Shown here in pieces: positions 29,943 through 40,298 of a stretch of DNA of 64,000 bases. The stretch comes from Acidobacteriota bacterium (lineage in GTDB: Bacteria; Actinomycetota; AC-67), in assembly GCA_016208485.1 (NCBI GenBank), contig JACQXY010000010.1, positions 1,431-65,430 on the forward strand, read 5' to 3'. Below the pieces are notes generated by a model. The model saw nothing but the letters and a program-made list of their open reading frames with translations. It was not told where the DNA came from and did no database searches. The translations under genes were made by a program, and so were the position numbers. Each line of letters begins with the position of its first letter. The stretch's first letter is position 1.

Positions 29943-31556
29943 GTGATGCCCCACCTTCGCCTTGCGACCGCCGCCTGCATCCTCGCGCTGACCGTCGCTC
30001 CCCTCGCTCGGGCCGACGATTGCACCACCCAGCTCTCGTGCGGCGCCGATCTTCAGCAGGCCACCGACCTCGAACTGCGCATGAACGATCACTTCTGGTA
30101 CGGGCAGGCGCTCGAGGCTTGGTACGACACGGCGGCGCGGAACCAAGGCGATGTGGCTCTCGTCGGCGGGTGGGGCGACTCCGGGTTGTGGACGGGCGTC
30201 TACCTTGGCGGCGAGTCCTTCCGCTACGCGGTCGCGCGTGACAAGCTCGCCGGCTCGCTCGACGCCGACCAGATCGTCTACTGGACGAGCCAGCGCGACG
30301 AGGCGAAGGCACGCGTGGACGCCATGGTTCAGAAGGAGCATCTGCTCGTGAACATCGCGAAGGCCTGGCGCACCGAGGTGTCGCCGTGGGTTCACCCGAA
30401 CGACACCCACACGCCGGCGAGCTTCGGCGGAGGCGTCATCCAGGGTGAGCCCGGCATGCTCATGCGCGCCTGCGCGCCCACCGACGCCCCCCCGGAGCAC
30501 GCCATGGCAACCAACCGCCGCGTGTTCGGACCGTGGCTCTGGGACGACGAAAAGGAGTACATCTGTGAGACCGCGCCGAGCCGCGACACCTACGCGGGGG
30601 TGACCTTCGGGTTGCAGGCCGCGTTCGACCTGGTCTCGGTCGACGACCCGGACATGCGGGCGATGATCCGCGACGACATCTTGAAGCTCGCCGGCTTCCT
30701 CGTGAAGTACGGGTGGAACTACCCGCGGCCCCACGGCAACATCTCGCTGCCGCCGCTCGGCCACGACTTCGACAACTTCATCTCCCCGCTCTTCGTCTAC
30801 GTTCCGATGGCGCGGCTGAACATGGCGAACGTCGCCCGGCACGTCGCCGACCTTGCCGGCACGCTTGAGGAGAAGCTCCGGTGGGACGCGGTGTGGCAAG
30901 AGGAGTTCGCCAGTCAGGGACCGATCCTCGCGGGCTCGATGGTGATCGACTCGATGCAGCCGAACGAGAGCTACTACAAGTTCAACCTCCACTACCTCAC
31001 CGGCTTCAACTTGCTCCGCACGCTCGGCGACCCGACCGAGCGCGGCGTGGTCGCCCAGGCCTTCGATGCACTCGACCGGACCACCGGCGACGACGTGAAC
31101 GCCCACTTCGAGGCGATCACCTATGCCGTGACCGGCGAGCCGGCGAAGCGGGACACCGCGATCACGCACCTGGACGAGTGGCGGGCCTACCGCGCCACGA
31201 CGGGTAGCAACCCGAACGTCGACAACTCACCCGGCTGCGGGATCGACTTCGCCTGCGTCCCCGACGACCAGCTCGACGTCTCCCCGACCGGGCCCGACGG
31301 GGAGTTCCTCACGTGGAAGCCCGGAACGAGCACGAAGATCCGGGCCGCGCTCCCGCTGCCGGTCGCCGTCCGGCCGCAGACCGACTTCCTGTGGCAGCGC
31401 CCGCCCACCCAGCTCAGCTCGGGGTATACCGATCCCAGGTACGAGCCGCCGGGCGTGGACTACCTGACGCCGTACTGGATGCTCCGCTACTTGACCGAGG
31501 TGGCGCCACCGGCACTCGCGCCGCTCCCGGAGAGCTTCGCCCCGTCGTTCCGCTGA
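29943..31556 (+). CDS. Secreted hypothetical protein (537 aa) with a signal peptide
   Basis: N-terminal MMPHLRLATAACILALTVAPLARADD signal. Balanced composition. AT-rich putative promoter immediately upstream (29880-29935). Confidence 0.55.
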   Translation: MMPHLRLATAACILALTVAPLARADDCTTQLSCGADLQQATDLELRMNDHFWYGQALEAWYDTAARNQGDVALVGGWGDSGLWTGVYLGGESFRYAVARDKLAGSLDADQIVYWTSQRDEAKARVDAMVQKEHLLVNIAKAWRTEVSPWVHPNDTHTPASFGGGVIQGEPGMLMRACAPTDAPPEHAMATNRRVFGPWLWDDEKEYICETAPSRDTYAGVTFGLQAAFDLVSVDDPDMRAMIRDDILKLAGFLVKYGWNYPRPHGNISLPPLGHDFDNFISPLFVYVPMARLNMANVARHVADLAGTLEEKLRWDAVWQEEFASQGPILAGSMVIDSMQPNESYYKFNLHYLTGFNLLRTLGDPTERGVVAQAFDALDRTTGDDVNAHFEAITYAVTGEPAKRDTAITHLDEWRAYRATTGSNPNVDNSPGCGIDFACVPDDQLDVSPTGPDGEFLTWKPGTSTKIRAALPLPVAVRPQTDFLWQRPPTQLSSGYTDPRYEPPGVDYLTPYWMLRYLTEVAPPALAPLPESFAPSFR

Positions 31557-31573
31557 GCACACCCGCCAACATC

Positions 31574-31942
31574 TCAGCGAGGGTGCTTGCGCGGCAGTGG
31601 GACCATCCGGACGTGGTGCTCGTCCACGACGGAGAACCGTCCCGGCCAGTCCGCGCGCCCCGCGAGCGTGGACGCGACGGTCCGGGCGAGCCGCTCGGGG
31701 GTCGTCTGCGGCAGGCGCAGGAGGATCACGCCGGACCCTGCGGGCAGCCCGCGCCGGAACGCGATCTCCCCGAACTCTTTGTCCTGCGTGAGCAGGACCC
31801 TGTCCTCGCGCGCGGCGCGGCGCGCGACCTCGAGATCGGTCGCGCCCGGTGCCTCCACGCGAACCCAGACCACATCGTGGCCACCCGCTCGGAGCGCCTC
31901 GACGACCACCCTCGGGATGTTCTCGTCGGCGAGGAGCCTCAC
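31574..31942 (-). CDS. DUF5615 (PIN-like, Mut7-C-like) toxin
   Basis: VRLLADENIPRVVVEALRAGGHDVVWV motif. GTG start overlaps the upstream DUF433 gene stop (GTGA). Confidence 0.7.
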   Translation of the reverse strand: MRLLADENIPRVVVEALRAGGHDVVWVRVEAPGATDLEVARRAAREDRVLLTQDKEFGEIAFRRGLPAGSGVILLRLPQTTPERLARTVASTLAGRADWPGRFSVVDEHHVRMVPLPRKHPR

Positions 31943-32412
31943 AGGGGCGCCGGTCTCGGGTAGACGCGCTCGGCGCGAAGGCGCTCGGCCGCGTAGGCGA
32001 GGCACGCGCGCAGGTCGTCCCCAGTCAGCCCTGGATAGTTGTCGAGGATCTCAGGCTCGCTCCAGCCGGCGGCGAGAAGCTCGACGATCAGCTCCACCGC
32101 GATCCTGGTCCCCTTGAGGAGCGGCTTCCCGGCGAGGACCCGCGGATCCAGGGCGATCCTGTTCTCCCACGCCGGGCGCGCGGACGGATATGCTTCCGGT
32201 GCCTCCGCCACCCCGCGGCCGCGCGAGCGCCCGGGGAGGCGCTCGCCGCGCAGGGCAGCCTCGAGGTCCTCTTCGTCGACGAGGTGTTGCGTCCCGACCT
32301 TGAGGGACGGCAGGCGGCCGGCGCGGATCCAGCGCCTGATCGTCTCGGCGGCGAGCCCCGCGCGCGCCGCCGCTTCGGGGACGGTGAGCACGGGTGTAGC
32401 ATACAACACCAT
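31939..32412 (-). CDS. MerR/excisionase-type HTH plus DUF433 antitoxin
   Basis: N-terminal LTVPEAAARAGLAAETIRRWIRAGRLPS HTH. C-terminal DPRVLAGKPLLKGTRIAVELIVELLAAGWSEPEILDNYPGLTGDDLRACLAYAA matches DUF433. Start refined to the ATG at 32412. Confidence 0.7.
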   Translation of the reverse strand: MVLYATPVLTVPEAAARAGLAAETIRRWIRAGRLPSLKVGTQHLVDEEDLEAALRGERLPGRSRGRGVAEAPEAYPSARPAWENRIALDPRVLAGKPLLKGTRIAVELIVELLAAGWSEPEILDNYPGLTGDDLRACLAYAAERLRAERVYPRPAPL

Positions 32413-32569
32413 CCGGATGGCCGAACTCCGGCTGCGCACGGCAGGCCCTCGCCGGTTCTCCGCGCGTTCCCCTTGCGCATTCCCGGCAAAGCCCGCATGC
32501 TTTCGGGGGAGCTGCAATTGGGGGAGCACTCGGGACCGCGCCGGCCCCGGGTCCGCGGAGGAGGAGCCG

Positions 32570-33961
32570 ATGCCTGAACGCCTGAGCGCGCTTGACGCGA
32601 GCTTTCTGCTGCTCGAGCGCCCGAACGTACACATGCACGTCGCCGGACTGGTCGTCCTCGACCCGTCGACCCGCCCGGACGGGCGGCTCACCTTCGAGGA
32701 GGTGGCCGAGGTCCTCCGCGCGCGGATCCATCTCGTGCCGCGCTTCCGGCAGAAGGTGCGGTTCGTGCCGCTCGGGCTCGGCCGCCCGGTGTGGCTCGAC
32801 GATCCGAGCTTCGACCCGGACTTCCACCTGAGGCGCGCGGCGCTGCCGGCCCCCGGCGGCCCGCGCGAGCTGGCCGACTTCGTGCAGCGCGTGCACTCGC
32901 GCCCGCTCGACCGCTCGAAGCCTCTGTGGGAGCTGTACTTCATCGAGGGCCTCGAGGACGGCAACGTCGCGGTGCTGAGCAAGTCTCACCACGCGATGAT
33001 CGACGGGATGAGCGGCATGGACATCGCGACGGTCCTGTTCGACCTCACGCCGGAGCCGCGCGCGGTGGAACCCGAGCACTGGATCCCGCGGGTCGAGCCG
33101 TCGGCGCGCGACCTGATCCGCGACGCGATCACCGAGCAGATCACGAGCCCGCTCCAGACCGCGCTCCAGAACACCGCGCTCGCGCTGCGCGCGCCGGGGA
33201 TCCTGCTCGACCGCGCGCGCAACACCCTGGAGGGCCTGGCGGGGATGCTCGCCGCCGGCGCCGCGCCGCGCGGTCCCTTCAACCGGCGGGTCGGGCCGAA
33301 CCGGCGGTTCGCGATGGCCTCGGTGCCGGTCGCCGACGCCAAGGCGATCAAGAACGCGCTCGGCGGGACGGTGAACGACGTGGTGATGGCGTCGGTTGCC
33401 GGCGCGCTCGAGCGGGTCATCCGCGCGCGCGGGGAGGCGACGCACGGGCTCGGCCTGCGGGCGATGATGCCGGTGTCCACCCGCGACGACTCGCAGCGGA
33501 TGGCGATGGGGAACCAGATATCGAACTTCTTCGTCGACCTCGCGGTCGGCGAGCGCGGTGCGGCGGCGCGCTTGCGGCGGATCACCGCGGCGACGAAGGA
33601 GCTGAAGACCTCGCACCAGGCGCTCGCGGCCTCGGCGCTGATGAACGCCGGCCAGTGGGCGCCTCCGACGATCCACGGGATGGCCGCGCGCCTGGTCGCG
33701 CGCCAGCGCTTCGCGAACCTGGTCGTCTCCAACGTCCCCGGGCCGCAGATGCCGCTGTACCTGCTCGGCGCGCGGATGCTCGTCACCTACCCGGTGATGC
33801 CGCTCGGCGAGACGATGGCGCTGTCGGTCGGCGTGACGAGCCTCTCCGGTGTCATGGGGTTCGGGGTCACCGGGGACTGGGACGCGCTCCCCGACGTGGA
33901 CGTGCTCGCAGAGGGGATCGTGGCCTCCGTGCACGATCTCAAGAAGGCGGCGGGCCTGTAG
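32570..33961 (+). CDS. Wax ester synthase / diacylglycerol O-acyltransferase (WS/DGAT)
   Basis: Catalytic HHAMIDG (HHxxxDG) motif. N-terminal LSALDASFLLLERPNVHMHVAGL. GGAGGAGG RBS before the ATG at 32570. Confidence 0.85.
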   Translation: MPERLSALDASFLLLERPNVHMHVAGLVVLDPSTRPDGRLTFEEVAEVLRARIHLVPRFRQKVRFVPLGLGRPVWLDDPSFDPDFHLRRAALPAPGGPRELADFVQRVHSRPLDRSKPLWELYFIEGLEDGNVAVLSKSHHAMIDGMSGMDIATVLFDLTPEPRAVEPEHWIPRVEPSARDLIRDAITEQITSPLQTALQNTALALRAPGILLDRARNTLEGLAGMLAAGAAPRGPFNRRVGPNRRFAMASVPVADAKAIKNALGGTVNDVVMASVAGALERVIRARGEATHGLGLRAMMPVSTRDDSQRMAMGNQISNFFVDLAVGERGAAARLRRITAATKELKTSHQALAASALMNAGQWAPPTIHGMAARLVARQRFANLVVSNVPGPQMPLYLLGARMLVTYPVMPLGETMALSVGVTSLSGVMGFGVTGDWDALPDVDVLAEGIVASVHDLKKAAGL

Positions 33962-33962
33962 C

Positions 33963-34469
33963 GTGACGATCGTGGTTCGACCGGTCCGCCCCGAGGAGCA
34001 CGCGGAGGCGGGCCGGGTCCTCGAGGCCGCCTGGCGGGAGTTCGTCGGTCTCGGCGAGGAGGGCTGGGATCGTTACGTGCGCGACCACGTCTCGAACGTG
34101 GCGGCGCGCGCTGAGCGCACTCTCGTGCTCGTCGCGGTCGAGGACGAGCGGATCCTCGGGTCGGCGACGCTCGAGACGGACGATCGTGTCGGCGACCCCG
34201 ACGACGAGGGCGAGCCGCTCCCGCCGGAGGAGGCGCGTATCCGGATGGTCGGCGTCGCGCCCGGCGCGCGCCGCCGGGGAGTCGGGCGGCTCTTGATGGA
34301 AGGCCGCTTCGAGGAGGCGCGCCGCGCCGGCAAGACGCTCGTCACGTTGCGAACCACGCCGCGACAGAAGGCCGCGCACGCGATGTACGAGGACATGGGG
34401 TTCGCGCGCGGCGCCGACACGGTGTTCGACGACGGCTTCGTGCTGATGTCCTACGAGATCCGGCTCTGA
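33963..34469 (+). CDS. GNAT-family N-acetyltransferase
   Basis: Acetyl-CoA-binding motif RRRGVGRLLMEGRFEEARRAG (Q/RxxGxG/A). GTG start 2 nt after the WS/DGAT stop. Confidence 0.75.
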   Translation: MTIVVRPVRPEEHAEAGRVLEAAWREFVGLGEEGWDRYVRDHVSNVAARAERTLVLVAVEDERILGSATLETDDRVGDPDDEGEPLPPEEARIRMVGVAPGARRRGVGRLLMEGRFEEARRAGKTLVTLRTTPRQKAAHAMYEDMGFARGADTVFDDGFVLMSYEIRL

Positions 34470-34743
34470 GTCAGCAATCGCCGGGCGCCGAGCCGGCCCT
34501 GTTCGGCGCGCTGACAGGTAGCCAGTCGCGCCATGCTGCCGGGTTCTCTGCTGCCTAATTCGGGGGATTCCTCCAACCCCCGGCCTACTCATTGACAGAA
34601 CTGTGGAACGATACGAAAGATGGGGTGAGATGCTGGTGTGGAGTGGCTGTCGCCCAGGTAGCTTGACGTGCCCGCTTCGTTTCTCTAGGCTCTGACCTGG
34701 GGAGCGGCTCGGGGAGGGTCGCTGGAGGGGAGGGGATTCCTAA

Positions 34744-34923
34744 ATGGCTGCCCCGGAGTCCAAATGGGCGCCATCGTATCTTCTTATCGACAAGCGCAGC
34801 GGGGAACGTCAGCGCGATTATGAGAAGTTCCTCAACAACGGATCGGACATTGCGGATCCGTTGCCGGGTAGTGAGGAGTCGCTGGAGCAGGCCGACCGCT
34901 TGGCACCGGGAAGTCCGTCGTAG
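34744..34923 (+). CDS. Small hypothetical protein (59 aa) in the low-GC island
   Basis: GGAGG 8 nt upstream of the ATG. Non-biased composition (MAAPESKWAPSYLLIDKRSGERQRDYEKFLNNGSD...). Below the ORF-track length cutoff. Its 3' end overlaps the gene B tail on the opposite strand. Confidence 0.3.
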   Translation: MAAPESKWAPSYLLIDKRSGERQRDYEKFLNNGSDIADPLPGSEESLEQADRLAPGSPS

Positions 34924-35854
34924 GCCGCGAAGAAGTAGCCGCGCTCACTTGACCGGGCGGCGGAGTCCTACCATCCACATCGCTTGCTTTCCCCGGGCCG
35001 AAGTCCCCCGTTAGTGCCCCAAGTGCGAACGCGGCAAGCATCCCACAGATGCATGCAAAGAGGATGCCCTTCCACAGAAGCAGCCTGAGCCCCGCGACTG
35101 TCGCCCGCTCCCTGACCGCGAGAAACCCTGAGAACGGTCCCGCGAGACCGCTCAGGGCGAGGGCGACGTTCGGCTGGAGTTTCGGAGTATCGCTTAGAAC
35201 GGCCCACCAGAGAATGGCCGTGACTGCTGCCGCGAAGGCCGCACCTGCGACGTAGAGGGCTGCTACTTCGAGCTTCAGCTTGTAGAACACTTGCAGACGG
35301 ACGATCTCGCGGGTCTTCGAGGAGGGCTTTGGGGTCTTCGCGGAAGGATCAGGGGTTGGCGCCGGTGGCACTCGTCGAAGGACCCTCGCCCGGAGGCGCC
35401 GTGTGCCATGCGTGATCGCCCGTGCCGGCAGTCCAAGGGTTCGGCGTGCCAGCCTCATCCATCCCTTGGGGTGCGCCGGGGGCTGGCGATTGAGGTCGTC
35501 GATTAGGCGCTGGAATTCCGCTCGGGTCTTCGTTGTGTAGAAGACCTGCAGCTCGTAAGACTCCGAGTACTCGATGCCAAAGAGATCCCGGAGTCCGACC
35601 GGTCCGACTCGCGTATGGTTGCCGAACTGCGCCTCGGTGTTTCGTGCCTTGAGGCGCACAGCGGCGGTATCAGGCGACGACACTTCGATGTGCGTTCCTT
35701 GGGCATCGCCTATGACAACTGCGTATCGGTGCTGCAGACCGCCCAGGCGGCAGGCCTGGCCAAGCGGTAGTGGCGGCCGCTTCGAATCTTCATGTCGCTT
35801 TCCGATCGGTACCGTCTGGGTGAGCTTCGCAATGTACGCCTCGCCGATGCGCAC
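34832..35854 (-). CDS. Hypothetical protein B (340 aa): about 190-aa N-terminal soluble domain, three predicted TM helices and a Pro/Ser/Thr-rich tail
   Basis: Low-GC (about 55%) region. TM segments LEVAALYVAGAAFAAAVTAILWWAVL, NVALALSGLAGPFSGFLAV and GLRLLLWKGILFACICGMLAAFALGAL. Starts 21 nt after gene A stop on the same strand. Confidence 0.55.
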   Translation of the reverse strand: MRIGEAYIAKLTQTVPIGKRHEDSKRPPLPLGQACRLGGLQHRYAVVIGDAQGTHIEVSSPDTAAVRLKARNTEAQFGNHTRVGPVGLRDLFGIEYSESYELQVFYTTKTRAEFQRLIDDLNRQPPAHPKGWMRLARRTLGLPARAITHGTRRLRARVLRRVPPAPTPDPSAKTPKPSSKTREIVRLQVFYKLKLEVAALYVAGAAFAAAVTAILWWAVLSDTPKLQPNVALALSGLAGPFSGFLAVRERATVAGLRLLLWKGILFACICGMLAAFALGALTGDFGPGKASDVDGRTPPPGQVSAATSSRPTTDFPVPSGRPAPATPHYPATDPQCPIRC

Positions 35855-35875
35855 ACGCAGCGGAGCGAATGCGAC

Positions 35876-36895
35876 TCACGAGTGGGTGAATCGGCTAAGC
35901 GTGAAGAGAGCGTTTTCGCAAGCCCGGCTGCCCTCGCCAGGCGCGCTCTGTACGTCGACCAGCCCGGCGATCAATGCAAGGAATGCATCACACTGGCCGA
36001 AGAACGTTGTCAGCCGCTGAGTGATCGTTGGCGGTGACGTGCCCCACCCGCCTTTCATTCGGAGCTTGACGTAGTCGGGCAGGAGGAGGAGGGGGTTCGT
36101 CAGGGGATCTCTGAGGCCTTGGACATGTGCCCAGGTCAGATCGGGGCTGTCCTTGAGTCGCTCGGCGAGAGTGCGTCCACTCTCGATGAGACCCTGAACC
36201 CTGGCCTCCATAATTGCCGGTACATCGCTCATCTCGTCCTCCGCCTCCAGTCGCACCCGGCGGGCGAGGAAACGGATCATCTTGGCGGCCGAGTCCTCCG
36301 GCGCTTCAGACAGCAGTAGACACTTGGGCGTGAAGTTCGCGCGGTGAAGCAGGCCGCTCGGTATGCAGAATGCGAGTGCCCGGATGAGGGGAGTGACGAT
36401 TGGCGGCGAGAACTCTGAGGCAAGAAAGGTCGAGGCGGGCCAGATGCTCCTCGTAATGACGTAATGGGTTGCGAGTTCGCTGTTGCGAAAGCGGTTTCCG
36501 AGAGGGAGTCGGTGACCCCGGTGATCCTCAAGGTCCGTCCGCATGAGGACCTGCTTCGGGAGAGTTAGGAGCGGCACGGGGAGCGGGACCTCCTGTCCCA
36601 TCCAGCGTCTATCAGACTCCAGGAGCGGAGTGAGTTGGGTCACCAGCTCGGCGGATTCCGTAGGCTCTGACGTAACCTTCCTGGCAACTTTCATGGCGGA
36701 CATGGCGGCACGATGCACGAGGCTTGGTGGGATTCTGAATTGCAGGCTGATCCGGTCGCGATAGCATCGTCCATCTAGTGGAGTAATGGCCTCAACACGC
36801 CGCTCTCTCCATTGGTTTGGCTCGGCCAAGAGCGTCGCGGCCACTTCTCTGGCGAACAGCTCGCCGGACCTGTCCACCGAGCGCCTGAACTGCAC
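35876..36895 (-). CDS. Hypothetical protein A (339 aa), soluble, no recognisable motifs
   Basis: Low-GC island and balanced amino-acid composition, unlike the Ala/Arg-rich artefact ORFs. AT-richer promoter-like region upstream (36900-37000). Confidence 0.55.
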   Translation of the reverse strand: MQFRRSVDRSGELFAREVAATLLAEPNQWRERRVEAITPLDGRCYRDRISLQFRIPPSLVHRAAMSAMKVARKVTSEPTESAELVTQLTPLLESDRRWMGQEVPLPVPLLTLPKQVLMRTDLEDHRGHRLPLGNRFRNSELATHYVITRSIWPASTFLASEFSPPIVTPLIRALAFCIPSGLLHRANFTPKCLLLSEAPEDSAAKMIRFLARRVRLEAEDEMSDVPAIMEARVQGLIESGRTLAERLKDSPDLTWAHVQGLRDPLTNPLLLLPDYVKLRMKGGWGTSPPTITQRLTTFFGQCDAFLALIAGLVDVQSAPGEGSRACENALFTLSRFTHS

Positions 36896-37028
36896 CCGAT
36901 AGAGTGACTGCCATATGCCACCCTCACCTCATGTCCCGAACTCCTATCATAGCTGAGACGCGAGATATGGGACATACCCCACAGGAGGGATTCTGCTGGA
37001 TTGCCGGTGCTCCGCGGGTCCAGGGCCG

Positions 37029-38065
37029 CTACACTCCGAGCTCCCCGCGCGCGGCCGCGCGCGCGCGCCGCGCGAGCGCCGGGACGCCGAGGTCGAGCTG
37101 GGCGAACATCGGGTGGTCACGGGTGCCGGCGAGGTAGCGGCGGTAGGAGCCCTCCATGATGATCGCGATCTTCCACCCGGCGAGCGCGGCGTACCACGAG
37201 ACCCGGTCGATGGGGACCTCGCTGCGCTCGGCGTAGCGCGCGAGCGCGTCGCGCCGGCGCAGGAACCCCTCCTGGTCCATGGCCGAGGGCACCGTCAGGC
37301 CGAAGGTCGGGTCGCCCGGGTCGCACCAGAAGTAGAGCATCCACCCGAGGTCGGCGAGCGGGTCGCCGAGCGTGGACATCTCCCAGTCCACGACCGCGAC
37401 GAGACGCGCTGGCGGCTCGGGCGCGAAGATCGCGTTGTCGAGCTTGAAGTCGCCGTGGACGATCGTCGCGCCTCCCTGCGGAGGCAGGGTGTCGTCGAGC
37501 CAGGAGCCGACCTCCTCGATCTCGGGGACGTCGCGGAACTTCGCGAGGTCCCAGAGCTGGCGCATCCGGCGGAGCTGCCGGTCGAGGTAGCCCTCGGGTC
37601 TTCCGAACCCTTCGAGGCCGGCCGCGCGCCAGTCCACGGCGTGCAGCGCCGTGAGTGTGTCCACGAGCTGCTCGCACATCCGCCGCCGGTCTTCGAGTGA
37701 GGTGACTTCGGGGGGGACCTCCGCGCGCACCACCACTCCTTCCACCATCTCCATCAGGTAGAAGGGCGCGCCGATCACCGCGCGATCCTCGCAGAGCGCG
37801 ATCGGACGGGGGACCGGAACCGGAGCGCCGTGGCCGGCGAGCGCCCGCATGACCCGGTACTCGCGGCGGACGTCGAACGCGGTCGGAGGGAGGTCCCCGC
37901 GCGGGGGCCGGCGGAGCACGACGTCCCATCCCTCGCCTCGCACGCGGAAGGTGAGGCAGGACTGGCCCTCTCCGAGGCGCTCGATCGCGAACGGGCCGGC
38001 GAGGTCGGGCGCCACCTCGGAGAGGAACCTCGCGAGCCCGGCCGGGTCGACCGGCGCGGGCTCGC

Positions 38066-38069
<4 letters not shown>
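37029..38069 (-). CDS. Aminoglycoside-phosphotransferase-fold kinase (ACAD10/11-type phosphotransferase partner)
   Basis: Brenner and APH motifs [13 protein letters not shown] and [19 protein letters not shown] start overlaps the ACAD stop (GTGA). Confidence 0.8.
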
Positions 38070-39286
<1,217 letters not shown>

Positions 39287-39431
39287 GCGCGCCTCCCGGC
39301 CGGGGTGTGTGGCCGGAAATCTAGCCCGCATCGCGCACGGCCCGCCAACTGCCGGGGCGCTTCGAGGGGAACTCCCGGGGTCGAGAACGACAGAACCCCG
39401 CGGCGGGAGGCCGCGAGGTTCTGGACGACTC

Positions 39432-39758
39432 TTAGGCGGTCGTCTTGGGCTTGCGCGCGGCCTTCTTCACTCCGCCGTTGGGCGCGATCTTGGCTGTCAG
39501 AGGCTCGACGGCCTCGAGGAGCGTGAGCGTGTAGGCCTTCTGCGCCCCGAGGACCCGCTCGGCGATCCCGAAGCCGGCCTCGACGACGTGCTTGGGCGCG
39601 GGCACCTTCGCCCCGACGGTGCGGACCGGCGCGATGTCGGGGATGACCCCGGCGACGAGGCCGCTCACCTGCGAGACGGTCGAAAGCGCGGTGTCCTGGG
39701 CCTGCTTGAGGCCGGTGAAGACCCGGCCTGTGGCCTTGGTGGCGAGCGCTGCGAACAT
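39432..39758 (-). CDS. Hypothetical protein (108 aa), Ala/Lys-rich
   Basis: ORF with protein-like composition downstream of the XRE regulator. No motif recognised. Confidence 0.35.
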   Translation of the reverse strand: MFAALATKATGRVFTGLKQAQDTALSTVSQVSGLVAGVIPDIAPVRTVGAKVPAPKHVVEAGFGIAERVLGAQKAYTLTLLEAVEPLTAKIAPNGGVKKAARKPKTTA

Positions 39759-39826
39759 GTGTTCCTCCCTTCCCGGACTGCTACTGCGCTAAGTCTACCA
39801 AGCGTGCGCTTGGTCTGTCAAGGGGT

Positions 39827-40243
39827 CTAGCTCGGCGGCTTGGATCGGACGGTCCGCGGGGCGGAGGTGTGGCGGCGCGGCCGGGGAGCGCGACCTGCGG
39901 TCATGCTCCGGTACACCCGGATCAGGGCTTCCTTCTGGTCGGTGGATAGCCGCGGGTCGAGGCGGACGGCTTCCTCGACGCCGCCTCCGGCGCGCGGCGC
40001 CGGCGCCCTTCCCTCGAGGAGCCCCATGCGGGTGTAGAGGTTCTCGGCCGAGATCTCGAGCGCGTCGGCGATGTGCTTCATGACCTCGGCCGACGGCTTG
40101 TAGATGCCGCGCTCCACTTGGCTGAGGTAGGGGTTGGAGACCTTGGCGAGCCGCGCGAGTTGCCGGAGCGACAGGTTGGCGAGCCGGCGCTGGGAGCGGA
40201 TGAACTCCCCGAGCGCTTTCAGGCGGTCCTCGGCAAGGGTCAC
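39827..40243 (-). CDS. XRE-family (Cro/C1-type) HTH transcriptional regulator
   Basis: LSLRQLARLAKVSNPYLSQVERG HTH. GTG start at 40243. Confidence 0.7.
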   Translation of the reverse strand: MTLAEDRLKALGEFIRSQRRLANLSLRQLARLAKVSNPYLSQVERGIYKPSAEVMKHIADALEISAENLYTRMGLLEGRAPAPRAGGGVEEAVRLDPRLSTDQKEALIRVYRSMTAGRAPRPRRHTSAPRTVRSKPPS

Positions 40244-40298
40244 CCGCCGAGCATAGCAGTCGCTTGGCCGACCAAGCAACCGGTCGCGGCGCGGGTCG

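Noticed and set aside
32051-33934. 627-aa minus-strand ORF and other overlapping frames
   Set aside because: Antisense to the WS/DGAT gene, which has the catalytic HHxxxDG motif and a strong RBS.
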